From: Azolla caroliniana
Taxonomy: Eukaryota > Plantae > Polypodiophyta
NCBI GenBank assembly: GCA_043228905.1
Contig: JBHGNT010000015.1
Span: 8,246,001 to 8,310,000, forward strand
Length of the DNA: 64,000 nt
Reading direction: 5' to 3'
Under the pieces are notes generated by a model. That model did no database searches. It was not told the DNA's origin and saw only the letters and a program-made list of their open reading frames with translations. Positions 22,301 through 35,906 of the stretch are shown piece after piece. The number at the start of each line of letters is the position of its first letter. Position 1 is the stretch's first letter. The translations under genes were made by a program, and so were the position numbers.

Positions 22301-25300
22301 GCTTGGTACTTGGAACTCGACCAGCATGACTGCCTCTAATCTGAATGCTAACCGGAACGGTGTTGTTCGGATGCTTGTTTTATACGCTGTCTGGTAGGCC
22401 CAGAGCGCACTATGTAGCTTCGTATCCCAATCCGTCCGGTTTTCGTTGTCGATTTTCCGGAGGATATTCTGGAGCGTTTTGTTCGTCGACTCAGCTAACC
22501 CGTTTGCTTGCGGATAGTACGGTGTGCTTCGTTTATGTACTACCGCATAGAATGTCATCAAGCTCTCCACTACCTATCCCAGAAAATGCCCTCCTTGGTC
22601 ACTTATCAGCTCTATTGGGCATCCGTACCGACACCAAATGCATTCATATAAGAATTTTGCCGTCGACGCCGCGGTGTTATCTCGTAAGGATTTCGCTTCC
22701 ACCCATTTAGTGCAGTAGTCCGTCGCGACGATCACATACCGGTTGCCAGTTCTCATTGCCGATGGTTTGAATGGCCCGACAAAATCCAGCCCCCATTTCT
22801 GGAATGGTTCTAGTGGTAGGACCGACTGGTGTGGCATCCGAGCTTGCTCCGTTGGCTGGCCCATTCGCTGGCATAGATCACACTCTTTCGCGTACCAGAC
22901 TGCATCTTTCAATGTCTTCCGCCACCATAGGCCACTTTGCCATACTTTCCTTCCCGTCGCATCTCCGGCATAATGGCCTCCAGCGACTCCGCAATGTGCT
23001 TCCCGTATTATTACCTCCTCGTCGTTGCGCACCGCTCGTCGCCATATACCGCCCTCACCTTTGTGGTATAGCGTGTCCTGTAATAAATAGAAGTGTCGGC
23101 TTTGTACCGCCAGGCGTTTTCTCTCGTCCCGGTTCATCTCCTCCGGAGGCAATCCGGTACTCAAAAACTGGTGCATATTAGTTAGCCACTTATCTTCTTG
23201 TGCCACCGTTTCATCTGTTGCCGTTTCCGTGGTGACTCGAAAAAGCTCTGCATCCGGAAACTCGTCCGGTACTCCGTCACTCGTCTCCCCGGAATCTAAC
23301 CGGCTTAGATAATCTGCAACCGCATGCTGTATGCTGGGTCGGTGGAATATCTCGAATTCGAACTCCTGCAACAGCAAGGTCCACCGGGCCAACTTACCGG
23401 TAAGTGACGCTTTGGATACTAGGTAGAGGAGTGCCGAATGATCTACATGGAAGGAGAACTTTCTTCCCAATAAATAATGCCTGAATTTTGTTACACTGTA
23501 GATCATTCCTAAAGCTTCCCTTTCCGTGGTAGAATAATTTCGTTCCGCTTGGGATACCTTCCGGCTGGCATAGTACATTGGCCGGTACCACCTTGGCTCG
23601 GTAAGCTGCATGAGCGCGCTGCCGATTGCGATGTCGAAGGCATCCATGAACACATGAAACTCTTACTCCAATCTGGAGGCTGCACTACCGGTGCTTGTGA
23701 CAACAATACCTTTAGTGCCCAATATGCCTTATCTTCGGGGTCGGTCCATTGGAACAGTGTTCGGTGGACTGCCGCATGCAGAGGTGTCACCAGGTCCGCC
23801 AAATATCGGAGCATCCGGCTATGCCAGCGGATTTGTCCTAAGAAACGGCTCAATGCCTTTGCCGTTTTTGGTGTTGGTGCCTCTCGGATCGCTTTTACTT
23901 TGTTCGGATCCACGGCAATGCCATCCTTGCTCACAATATGCCCTAGTAGCGTTCCGCTGGGCACTCCAAATACACACTTCGCCGGGTTCAGGCTTAGTTG
24001 GTACACCCTAGACTTCTCCAGATATAGTCTGAGGTGCTACAAATGATCTTCTTCTCGGCTATGGACGGCGAAGTCGTCAAGGAACACCTGCATAAAAGCC
24101 GGTATGTATTCGCCAAAGATCTCCATGATGATCCGTTGGAATGTTGTCGGTGCTATTTTCAGTCTGAACATCATCACCACCACAACAAACACTCCCCATT
24201 CGGTGACAAAAGCCGTTTTCTCTTGATCATCAGGGTGCATCCGGATCTGATTATACCCGGTGAATCCGTCTAAGAAACTGTAGACTTCATGGTCGGCGAC
24301 GGCATCCAAAACTCCATCTGTAAATGGAAGTGGAAATGCATCCGTTACCGTTGCCGCATTCAGCTTCTGGTAGTCGACACAAACTCTAATTTTGTCGTTC
24401 TTCTTTGGTACGACTACGATCGGGCTCAACCATGTAGATTTCTTTACGGGACGGATGAAGCCAACCCTCAGCAATTTGTCGATTTCCTCCTTTACTTTGG
24501 CGGCGTAGTTTGGGTTCATCCGGTACCGACGTTGTGCTACCGGCTTTGCGTCTTTGCTCAGATGTATCTGGTTCTGATACAACTGAGGATCCAGCCCACT
24601 CATATCCTCGTAAGAGTAGGCAAATACGTCGCGAAACTCGTTGAGGACTGTAATTATCGTCGTTTTGTTCTCTGCATTCATTTCTTTAGCGACGTGCACC
24701 GGTTTTGCCTCCTCCGTCGTTCCTAGATTTACCTCTTCTAAATGAGACGCCTTTACGTGCTGTGATATGGCCATTTCCCTTTCCAACGCCTCCCGCGCTT
24801 GTCGTAACTCCCAGATTGCTTCTTTATCCGGTTCCGTCCGGTTGCAGCAAGTAGGGTGATACCGCTTCCGCGACGTCAATTTCGAATAGGGGTACAATCT
24901 TCGGGTTCTCCAGCAAGTACTGATCTTCTTCTTCGTCTGCTAATCCTTCCAGCATATTGACGCACTCCGCATATAACGGTGTAAGATCCTTGCCGGTGCC
25001 CTTCCTTGGTTGTGTTGGTACCCGTACCTTCGCTTTTCCCCGTCGGAACGTAATCATATTCCTCCTCCAGTTCTGCTTGATGTGTGCCGTTTTTAACCAA
25101 GGGCGTCCCAACAATAATGGGTACGCTCCTTCAGCCTGCAACTGGAGAACCACGGCTGAAATTCAAAATGTATGGCCCCCGATGGTTACTTCTAAGTCCC
25201 GTATTAATCCTGTCGATCGCACCGAGCTTGTGTCCGCCATTCGGAGCCAGAACAAACATGGTTCCCACTCTTGGATTCCAAGAGCATTGCACGTCCACAG

Positions 25301-27648
25301 GCTGATTACATTAACGCCAGAGCCTCCGTCTATTATCGTGTCGGGGAGTTCTTTCCCTTTCACAATGGCAGTAATTGCCGGACTGTTGGTGTCTACCACC
25401 GCTGGTCCTTCCTCCGGATTTGAGAAGAATGTCGGAGCCGGTGGTGTACCGCATGTCGTCATGCCGGGCTTGAGTCCTTCTGTGAATCGTGGTACTAGCT
25501 GCAAGAGTCGTCCTAACGGCAGCGTGATCTGGCATTCCTACAATGCTTGCCATGTCGCGTTTTCAGACTGACTACCGTCGGCGAGCTCTTCGGTGTTCTC
25601 CTTTTGCTGCACAAGTTCTGCTACGTTTCGCTCATTTGCTTTTTTCACCCATTCCGTTGCCTGTTTCTGGATGGCCTCTTGTGTCTCCCATTCCGTCGTC
25701 TTGCCCTTCGACCTTGTGGTGACCTGCTGTAGGTCTGCGACTTCGGCGACTACCATGTTTACCGTCGGGCGCTTATCATAGCTCTTTGCCGGACATTGAT
25801 TACTGTAATGTCCATCTTGCCGGCAATAATAGCAATATGCTTTCCGGGTATTGCTGGATTCGGCATTGTTTCCTGTATACGGTGGAGGGCATATGGTAAC
25901 CGTGGGGCTCTGGTCCGGTTGCCTGCTTGAGGCGCCTTTTTCCGGTTCACGTGGGTGGCTCCCGTTTTTGAAATGCCGTTTTTTATTAAAGTTCTTTTTA
26001 TTGCGGTACCCTTGACGGGGTTGGTCGTCATACCTCCCGTAATCTTCCCGTCGTCGGTGATAACCAGGGGAGTGATCCCGGTTGTGATGCTCGTACCGTC
26101 CATTGTAATCTCAGTAATTGTCATATCTGTTGTACCGGTCATAGTTGCCTCGCCGATTGTCGTACCGGACATCCTGTGCCGGTCGATATCGCTCCTCTCG
26201 CCGCCAGCGTTCGTCTTCTTCGTCTTGGCTGCTACGTGGCTCGATTTGCCGGACTGGTGGTGCTTGCTGATTCAATAAGTTATATTCACACCGGTCCATC
26301 GTGTGGCTCGTAGATTGGCAGAGTAAGCAGTGCGTCCGCATGGTGCACTCCAGTGACGAGTGTCCGGAATTCAAGCAGGTCGTGCATTGGATTGCTTGTC
26401 GGAACCGGAGATCCTCATCGGTTGGTAACGCTCGTTGGAGGGCTCCCATTGTTAGCCAAGAGCTCGTTTTGTCCATTTCTCTAACCCGGTCGATGACCTG
26501 GTCGACGGTGCTTGTGCGAAAGTCGATGACCGTGCATACCGTTCTTAGAGGTTCACGGAGCGCGGCTAAAAATATAGCCCGCATTTCTTCATCCTGAGGT
26601 GCGCGGGTAAGCTGACTATGCATGCGTTGAAACCGGATGACAAACTGTGGGATGCTCTCCTCGGGGTCCTGCCAGATGGTATAATATAAGCCCACCATTT
26701 CTTGCTGGTCCACCTCCTTCTGGAAGAAGTGCAAGAATTTGTCTTTCAGGTCCGCAAAGGTGGTGATGGTGCTGCGATCCTGCGTCTGGTGCCATCTGGC
26801 CGCCAATCCTTCCAATGTCACGCCGAATTCAGCTATCTTAGATCGTTCCTCTTCTGCCGCGGTTAACCGTTGTGACACATGGCTCGCCTCCCATGTTTGT
26901 TGAAACGCGTGAACATGAGCCTCCGCGTCCGGATCATCCCTATACTTGGAGTACTGGAACGGCATGTCGTCGTCCAGTGTCGGTATGCGGGCTGGTGGTG
27001 TCGGTGGTCTTTCCTGTTGTTCCGTCAGCGTCGGAGGTCTTTGTCGGTCTTCCTTTGGTGTTGCCGGCTCGACTTCCGGTGTTGGATGTTTTTGCCGGTC
27101 TTTTTCCGTCTCCGGATGTTGCTCCACGTCTAGTGACAGAGGTTTCCGGTTTGCCAACTTTGGAAGATTAAGACAATAAGCTCTATTAATTATCCGCTCT
27201 TGATTACATTGTAACCGGGCCTTTATATAGGTCTCCAGTGCGAAATACAAAATGGTGCCAACCGGCACCTTTACGGGATCGGTTCGGATCCGGATCGGCA
27301 TACCGATTCCCGTCCGTCCGTCCACAACTTCTCATATATTAATATCTATATTAAGATTACTAATTACAACAATTCCTGAATAAACTATTCCTTTTCACAC
27401 TCTAATTTGGATCTCCTTAAGCCTTCTTGCCAACCGATAACATTCGCCTGAGTGGGGTCTATCGCCGGCTTGCTGGTTGTAATCATTATTGATTTATAAT
27501 TAAGACATTGTTCTCCCTCTCTTTCTCCCTTTGTGTTTCTGCAAGCTGCTCTCTCTCTCTCTCTCTCTGTCTTCTTTTTCACGCTCCTTGGTACAAGGCC
27601 CCCACGGTCCTACCTCTTTCCACATGCGTAGAGCGCAACAACCCAACA
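19327..27648 (+). mobile_element. 3' part of degenerate Gypsy C (D family); its 3' LTR is split by element E; inserted into Copia F
   Basis: RT-RH-INT homologous to 2000-4270 at 19327-21600; PPT and LTR start at 21675; LTR remainder 27443-27648 resembles the end of the D LTR; Copia coding sequence resumes at 27649. Confidence 0.82.
22012..27442 (-). mobile_element. Degenerate Gypsy E (A/B family), 3'-truncated, with an internal deletion fusing the 5' LTR to gag
   Basis: INT/RH 22012-23653, RT 23700-24800, protease 24824-25756, gag 25760-27150, partial LTR about 27158-27442 ending GATAACA. Confidence 0.88.
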
Positions 27649-30600
27649 ACGTCCCGACAATAACCAAGAACCTGGTGTCGGTTGGACAGATTGTCGATCA
27701 GGGAATGCAAGTTCAATTCACGCACCTTGGGTGCTACATCGAAGAAGAAGGCAAAGTAATCATGGAAGGGCACCGTGAAGGGAGGATGTTCATCCTCGAC
27801 ACCAACCAAGCCGAAACCGTGTTGTTCGCAAAAGGATAGAAGGTCGAATTGGATATTGACCTATGGCACAAGCGGTTCGGCCATGTCAACTTCCCACTGC
27901 TTCGTGAAATGCAGACAAAAAACATTGTTTTCGGTTTGCCGAAATTTCGTGGCCAGAATGGCTAAGTTTGTGAAGCCTGCCAACTAAGGAAGCAACACCG
28001 ACTTCCATTCCCCAATGAGCGTAATCATAGTCGAAATCCGCTGGATTTGATCCATTCAGATGTGTGGGGACCGACACAGAATGTGAGCATAAGAGGAAGC
28101 CGTTACTTCGTATCCTTCATCGATGACTTCACTCGGCACACCTAGGCGTGCTTGATCGCGAAGAAGAGCGAAGTCTTCGCGTGTTTCCTAAAGGTGAAAA
28201 GCCTTTCGGAGAGGGAAACAGGGCGTAAGATCAAGTGCCTATGGTCTGATGGCGTAAGATCAAGTACTTCTCCAACTAGTTCACATGTTATCTACAAAAG
28301 GAAGGAATTCAACGTGAATTCTCGTGTAGATAGACACTGCAGCAGAACGGCGTGGCCGAGCGGAAGAATCGGACAATCGAAGAAGCGACCAAGGCAATGC
28401 TTGAAGAGAAGCATATGCCGAAGTTTTACTGGGCTAAAGCCATGAGGGCGGTTGTTTACTTGCAAAATCGGGCTTATGCTAATGGAGGAGTGTCGCCACA
28501 TGAGCTATACTTTGGAAAGAAGCCGAACTTGGCGCACTTGAGGATTTTCGGCAGCATCGCATACGTGCATGTGCCAAAGGAGAAACAGAGGAAGCTAGAC
28601 GCCAAAGCCGAAAAGTGCATCTTAATAGGCTATTTAGACAAACAAATGGGGTATAAGTGCTATAACCCCTGAACGAAGGTATAAGTGCTATAACCAAATC
28701 AGAGCGAGTCCGATTTCGGGCCAATCGAAAAGGAACCTCCACGAAAGAGGTCGAAATCGGCTGAAAAGGCCGTGAAATCGGGAAATCATGAATTACACCG
28801 ATCTACCCGCCTGAGGAACCCTGTAAAGAGGTACGGGTATAATGAGTACATGGCGCATCATTATGCATACATGACGTGTGCGGCGGAAGTGCGTGAGCCG
28901 GAGAGCTACACAGAAGCGGTGAGAGACGCAAATTGGCGTGCCGCGATGGAGGAAGAGATGTCGTTTTAACGGACAATGAGACTTGAGACCTGGTTGACGC
29001 ACCAAAGGGTGTAAAGCCGATCAGATGTAGATGGGTGTATAAGGTGAAATACAACACTAAAGTCTCCGTCAATCGATATAAGGCCTGACGAGTAGTGAAA
29101 TGTTACACATAGAAACACAACGTCGATTACGATGAGACCTTTGCGCCTTTCGCGAAGATGACTACCGTGCGTGTCTTGCTAGCCATAGCAACGACGAAGG
29201 GGTGGCACCTACATCTATCTTCTTGCAAGGTGATCTTGAGGAACAAGTGTACATGGTACAACCACCCAGATTTCTATCCGAATAGAACACTTCGGTCGTT
29301 TGCCGATTGAAGAAGTCACTATACAGACTTAAGCAACCCCCGCGAGCTTGGAACACGAAGATTACGCAACGGTTGCGTAGAATGGGGTTTACGACGTCCA
29401 AGTTGGACTCTTCATTGTTCACTCGGCAAGGTCAACATGGATCGTTTAGCCTTCTATTGTATGTTGATGATTTAGTCATCGCCGGTGCCGGCCTGGAAGA
29501 AATCGGCCGCGTCAAGTCTCAGCTCACGGCATTTTTTGAAATGAAGGATCTTGGAGACCTTTATTACTTCCTTGGGATTGAAGTGATCCGCACCCCCGAA
29601 GGCATATTGATTAGTCACCATCATTATGCATTGAATATGCTCTTCAAGTTTAGGATGGTATATTGTAAGCCCATCTCGACCCCTTCGGATAGAAACGTAA
29701 AGCTTCGCCAAGATTCGGGTAAGGTGTGTGACCCGACACAGTTCTGACAGATTGTCGGAAGCCTAATTTACTTGACGATTACTCGGCCGGATCTCAACTA
29801 CCTGGTCAGAATGATCAATCAATTTATGTCACAGCCCACGACCGAACACCTTCAGTGCGTGCAAAGGATATTACGATATGGCAACGACATGAAAGACATG
29901 GCGTTGTTGTATCGTACAAACGTAGCTGATCAATTAGTTGGCTACACTGATGCCGATTGGGCCGAAAATGCCCACGATCTTAGATCCACATCCAAATACG
30001 CATTCTCGTTGGGAAGTGCGGCGATCGCGTGGTGCAGTAAGAAGCAACTGATGGTAGCACTATCGAGCACAGAGGCCGAATATCAATAGGCGATTGTCGC
30101 TACATGCAAAGTCATTTGGCTGAAACGGCTATTACGGAATCTGCATGTGGAGGTGTCCGATCCGACGATGATCTATTGCGACAACCTCAGTAGTATCCAC
30201 CTTGTGAAAAACCCCGTATTCCACGCCCGGACCAAGCACATTGAGGTGCATTATAATTTTGTTTGCGAGCGGGTCCTTTCTGGTGAAGTTGAACTTGCGT
30301 ATGTTCCGACGGGTCAGCAGGTTGCCGACATCTTTACCAAGCCCCTTGGTCTCGACAAGTTACGACATTTTCTCGAGTGCACTTGGGTTGCATCACTTCG
30401 ACACGCCAAACTTGATGGGGAGACAAGAATAGGACCTTGGAAGGAGCGGTAGTGACCGTGATGCCGAGACGGATGAAGAATTCAATTTCGGGTTAGTTGA
30501 AGAAGCTGAAGAAGAAAACAGGGGCCGTAATTGCAAGGAAGAGCCGAAGACAACCAAACAAAGGGGAAATACAGCCAAGTAGGGCATAATGGCCAAGACC

Positions 30601-31329
30601 AAGATGTGGTTTGATGTTGTCAAGGGCCTGAAAATAGAAGACGAATTGGAGACAACCAATTCGGGCGAAAGTGGAATTGAATTGGAAGTGACTGACTCAA
30701 TTGAAATGTTCGATTCGGACATTACGAATCGATCGAGGGCCAAGTGGAGGAAAGGGTAGCAAAAGAGGTGCCAACACCGCGACAACAAGGGAGCTGAGAA
30801 GGGCCACATGAGGAGACAAACCGACAGGAAGGGTCGAAGTGCACGGAATCAAACGGGTCGAGGAGCATGAGTGAGGCATGAAGCCAGGAGAGGCTGGAAG
30901 AGCAGATGGAACCTCAAGTTGAGCTTGAGGGGGAGTGTTGAGATACAAGCTCAACATTGGGTGCGTAACCCAGTGCATAGGCTGGGTGCGTAAAACCGTA
31001 TGCACAACATGGGCGTAGCGGTGGGTAAACCGAGAGGCCGTTAGCATGATATTCCTCGTAAGGAATAATTTTGGGAGTAAGTGTAGGATGCTCATTTATG
31101 AGCGGTCAAGTACTGTAAGTACTTGTGTTAGCCCAATAGTCAGGGCTTGTATAAAAGGTGCTCACTGAGCACGAAGTATGTACATAGTGTTATTTTTTCT
31201 CGTATAGAATTGTTGTATGCTCTCTGTCACTCATTCTCTCTATGTTCTCTATGTCTACCGAATTGTCGTATTCCCAAACTGCGTACTCTGTGTCTTACGC
31301 ATACGCTTCCACACACGTATTCTTTTACA
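27649..31329 (+). mobile_element. 3' part of degenerate Ty1/Copia element F
   Basis: KNLVSVGQ, LWHKRFGH, integrase (AERKNRT), RT (LYVDDL), RNase H (GYTDADW, IYCDN, RTKHIEV); PPT gagggggag; 3' LTR 30936-31329. Confidence 0.9.
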
Positions 31330-31932
31330 AAGTTGAATTAGTGTATGTTTCGATGGATTAACAGACTACCGACATCTTCACCAAACCTCTCGACCTGGAC
31401 AAGTTACGACAATTTTCGGGCATGCTTTGTCTCTAGCACCTCAATAAGGCTAGAACCGATTGAAGATGACACAGGGAACCAACCTCAAGTTGAGCTGGAG
31501 GGGGAGTATTGAGTGGACAAGCTCAACATGGGCCAATCGGCTGAATAAGCCGAAAGCCGGATCGGACATAGGTCGATCGACTAGGTCTGAATCGGTTGGT
31601 CGAGTCGGATGGAATCCAACAGGCTGTTAGGGAGCTAGTTCCTATTTTAGTAAATATGCCTATTCTAGGCTAATTAGTGTCAGAGCTCATTCATGAGCAT
31701 TAAAGTATTGATAGTACTTGTGTCATCCCAGTTGTCAGGGCTTATATAAAAAGTGCTTTGTGAGCACAATGGTATGTACTGAGTCTTTTTTTGTAATAGA
31801 AATGGTTCATCTGCTCACTCAGTCAGTCAATCAGTCTCTCTCTCTCGCTCTCCTACTCTGTGTATTCCTAACTGTCTGTTCTCTATTCTCTGTCTTTCGC
31901 ACATAACGCTTCCGCACACGTAATCTTTTACA
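31330..31932 (+). mobile_element. 3' end of older Copia G (RNase H tail, PPT, 3' LTR 31507-31932)
   Basis: DIFTKPLDLDKLRQF remnant; PPT gagggggag; LTR homologous to that of F, ending CTTTTACA. Confidence 0.8.
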
Positions 31933-32230
31933 GTTTTGTTCATTCCTCGATTTCCCAGGTTACTCACTCTCTCCTTAATCTTAGTTATCTCCAAGGAGCT
32001 TGTAATAAAACCTTCTTTTGTTTAGGATTAAGTGACAGTGATAATTTAATCATAGTTTGGCTTTGATATCTCTTCTCCCCACCGTGTTTTTGGGTTTGTT
32101 TCGAGATTCCCCATGTGTTTTAGGTTTATCATAGTGTGCTGTCGCTACTACTTTGGTTGTGTGTGGAAACGTCGTCGCCTGCGATGGAATACATAATGTA
32201 AACAAAAGAAGTAAAAGAAAGCGAGGAATG

Positions 32231-32302
32231 ATGTTCACGAGCAAAGAGAGGCAGAGGCAACGTACCGGCAAACACGGTACATCCCGTGATGACTACCTCC
32301 AG
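32231..32302 (+). CDS. ARMC7: Armadillo repeat-containing protein 7 homologue, exon 1
   Basis: MFTSKERQRQRTGKHGTSRDDYLQ then GT donor; matches the plant ARMC7 N-terminus as recalled. An in-frame ATG also lies at 32228. Confidence 0.88.
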
Positions 32303-32405
32303 GTGATAGTAAATGGTCTTCTTCTTCTTCTTCTTCTTTTCCTTCCAGGAGGAGGATCAAACTAATTTCAACCTGCCCCTACTGTTCTTGTTTAAACCAC
32401 TGCAG

Positions 32406-32442
32406 GAGCTGGTCACAGAATTCCAGAACGCAGGTGAAGAAG
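32406..32442 (+). CDS. ARMC7: ARMC7 exon 2
   Basis: tgcag|ELVTEFQNAGEE+G|gtaagg; phases are consistent. Confidence 0.88.
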
Positions 32443-32869
32443 GTAAGGTTTCCTGGATTCTCATATTAAAGCATATGTGTTTGGTACGAATTTATGATTA
32501 AGGAACTCCTATACAAGGCAGTTTCCTGTTAATTCTATTTCAATAGCTCAGAAATTTTTCAGGTCTTCCTTTTTTCTTAAAGTAGTTGGTGAGCTTCTAA
32601 TGAAACCACAAAAAACTAGAGGAAGTAAAAAATATATATTAATCATATCACCAAAGCATGATTAAAGCATAAGGATGATACAATGGAGTTGTAAGCTCAT
32701 ATACTTCTAAGTGATTACAGATACAACGTGATGGATTGAAGCATTCAATCAGGCCTAATGTTCTCTACGAAGATTGTGTTAACAGTTCAGGTCTCTAATC
32801 CTCGTGGTGGAAAATTTGCACTTGTTCACATCAACCCTCTCATTCAAGCACTTTATCTACATCATCTAT

Positions 32870-33210
32870 ATTAACTGCTCTCTCATAATTTTGGTTGCCC
32901 GAATTCCTGCATTATCTGCTTGCTGATACTCTTGCAGCTGGATGCTGCACAATAGCCTCTTATCTGCCCAGGTTCTGCATCCAGTGTAAAGAGATCCCCA
33001 CTGTAGATTCACCTTCTCATCTGAAATGAGCGTTGTATGAAGTGGTATTGGATCTTGATATGTTTGGGCTTCCCATGGAACAGCAAATTCTTTGAGATAG
33101 CAATGCAGAGTTGGAAGTTATTTGCTGAGGCTCTTGGAACTGCAAATCTGCACATTGTCTTTTGAGAGCACCGAGGGCTGCATATCCATGAGAAAGTTGG
33201 GCACAAGCAG
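32870..33210 (-). pseudogene. Old Copia RNase H fragment in intron 2
   Basis: IAISKNLLFHGKPKHIKIQYHFI. Confidence 0.6.
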
Positions 33211-33556
33211 CTTCCTATAAGAAGAACCTAGGCCCTGTAAATGTTACTCCTACGTATGTGTAGGAGTGTGTGTATTCCACCTTTTCCTCTCCCAAGAAGA
33301 ATTCCCGTTATGATCTTGTTACCCATGCTTGATGGTGTTAAACACCGTCACTTTAGTTTTATCCATGTTTATCAACAAACTTTTGTCCGTACAAAATAGT
33401 TTTAAAGCATTTAGATGTCTTTGTAGTCCCTTTGAAGCGTAAAAAATCAGCACAATATCAGCAGCAATGTTGTTAGGCATGCTCCCAAACCCATGAAATA
33501 CTCTATGTAATGTGATACCTATATAGAGACCAAAGAGAGTGGGCTATAGTGGGCAT

Positions 33557-35906
33557 TGTTGGAGGGTGGCAGCTCCAAACTTGCACTCTCTTTCATCTAC
33601 AGATAAAAGCGATTATCTCCCGCCATTGTAGGTGCTTCCCTCTCTTCGGAGACATTTCCATTTTGGATTGACCTATGCTAGAGATCTTTCGAAGACAAAA
33701 GCTACAATATACCTAACTTGAGGATCTCACATGTGCCAAAAACCAGATTCCCTCATTTCTTTTCTTTTCATGTTATTTACTTTTATATTTACTGTGTAAT
33801 ATTTATTTTATTTTGATTTGTTCTCAAAGATGAGACAACACAGATGTAATCTCTTATTTGGTCTTATAGGCCATTTTGGCCTCTTAAAAGACGTTAATAT
33901 ATCTTTCTTTCTTTCTCTAGAATTTGCAATGCTTTAAATGCCTTTTCCTACTTCTACTTTTTTCAAGATATTCCCATTTATTCCTAGTTTTTTGTACCTG
34001 TTTGGTAGTACAAGAGTCACGTAACTACCAAACAACCATTTCACCCACATTCCCCAATTTTGTATAAATAGGCTATACCAGCCTCTTTTGTATAGTTTTA
34101 TTTTTCTGTTGCTACTTAAAAACAAGCTCTATTCTTTGGCTGTATCTCTACTCTTTGCAACCATTTTTTCTGCTGCTGTCTAATAGCCTTCTCACAGCTT
34201 GGTTGTGTCTAATTTGTTTGCTCTGCTCCTGCTATTAACAACATTTCTCACATGGTATCAGAGTTGTGAGGTCTCCATATCCTCAGCCTGATTTTTTTAC
34301 TAAAGAGCACACACACCTCTCTTCTTTTATCCCTCCCTCCCAACCCTATAGAAGAGGTTCTTTTTTTTCTTTTCCCCTCATTTGAGCCTCACCTAGCATC
34401 TAGGGAGAAGTAGACAGGGCAACAAGGAAGAAAAGTGCTCAAACTTCAAATGAGACGCTTCTACATGCGACAAGTAAAGGCAAGTGGAAGAAAAATGGTA
34501 ACTCCAACAATCCCAATCCAAAACCACCAAACAACCCAGCCTACAAGGAGCTCACTTGTCATTATTGTGGCTACAAAGGTCACATTCAGCCTGATTGTCG
34601 GAAAAAGAGAAGGGACAATGCTAAGAACTCTTCTTCTACCGAAAATCAACCTACACCGAAATCCAACTTGGCCCACTCAGCCCACTCAGCCAAAGAAATA
34701 GTTTTCCTTGGCATTGAGGAACATACTTCACATTTGGCTGGACTAACTACCTCAACCATTGATGAGTGGTTAGTAGATAGTGGTGCCACTTCACACATGA
34801 CCTATGAAAAATCCATTTTGCATGATGTGAAGCCTAGCTCCTCTCAAATCTCCATAGGAGATGCCTCAAGCATTGAGGCTTCATGTGTGGGTAATGTGTT
34901 TCTTAAAACTTCTTCAAATGAGGAACCTGTCGTTCTTCAAGATGTGCTACATGTGCCTCGCATCTCTGCCAACCTACTTTCAGTCTAGCGAATCACTAAG
35001 CAAGGTTATGGAGTCTACTTTGATAGCTCAGTTTTGGAAGTGATTGACACCAACAACCTACAAATTGTAGCTAGTGGCACACAAGAAAGGGGTTTATATC
35101 GCCTAAAAAGCTCCCATAGCCCCTTCGAAAAGTCCAAATCTCATCTTCTTCATCTTCTTCAAGGCTCTCATGCCTTGGTGGCACAAGAAGATCCTATGTT
35201 GTGGCATGCTAGGTTTGGTCACCTCAACTACGATTCTCTACAAAAGCTCTCCTCTTCACAACTAGTTGAGGGTCTGCCTATTTTCAAAACTCCCAATACC
35301 CCATGTGTTGCTTGTCTTCATGGCAAGCAACATCGAGAGCCTTTCCCTCATGAAACCACTCACCGTGCAACATCTATCTTGGAGTTAGTGCACATGGATC
35401 TTTGTGGTCCCATGAAAACCACTACTCTTGGTGGTGCATGCTACTTCATGCTCATCATTGATGATTTCTCCTGCAAGGTTTGGGTTTATTTTCTTGTAGA
35501 AAAATCTCAAGCCTTCACAAAATTTCAAGAATGGGTAGCTCTTGTGGAGAACGAGACATCAAAGAAAGTTCGAAAGATCAGGTCGGCTAATGCTGGAGAG
35601 TTTATCTCCCAAGCTTTCCACCATTTCTGCTCTCAACGAGGCATTGCTCCCCAATTTTCTACACCCAATACTCCTCAACAAAATGGAGTTGTGGAAAGGA
35701 AGAACCGGACAATCCAAGAGATGGCTTGTAAAATGGTATCTCAATCTGATCTTCCTCTCTCATTTTGGGGTGAAGTTGTCAACACAGTAGTCTACATCAT
35801 TAACTGCTGCCCAACAAAAGCAGTTGCTGCAATGACCCCTGTAGAAGCATTTACAGGTGTAAAGCCCTTAGTATCTCATTTTAAAGTCTTTGGTTGTGAT
35901 CCTTAT
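33557..35906 (+). mobile_element. 5' part of Copia H (LTR 33557-34252 split by a LINE tail; iMet PBS; deleted gag; protease; integrase)
   Basis: TGTTGGAGGG...TCTCACA; TGGTATCAGAG at 34253-34263; CHYCGYKGHIQPDC; WLVDSGATSHM; LWHARFGH; QQNGVVERKNRT. Confidence 0.85.
33599..33917 (+). mobile_element. 5'-truncated LINE 3' end with (TTTC)n tail
   Basis: Highly similar to 44622-44940 and 38710-39025. Confidence 0.85.
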
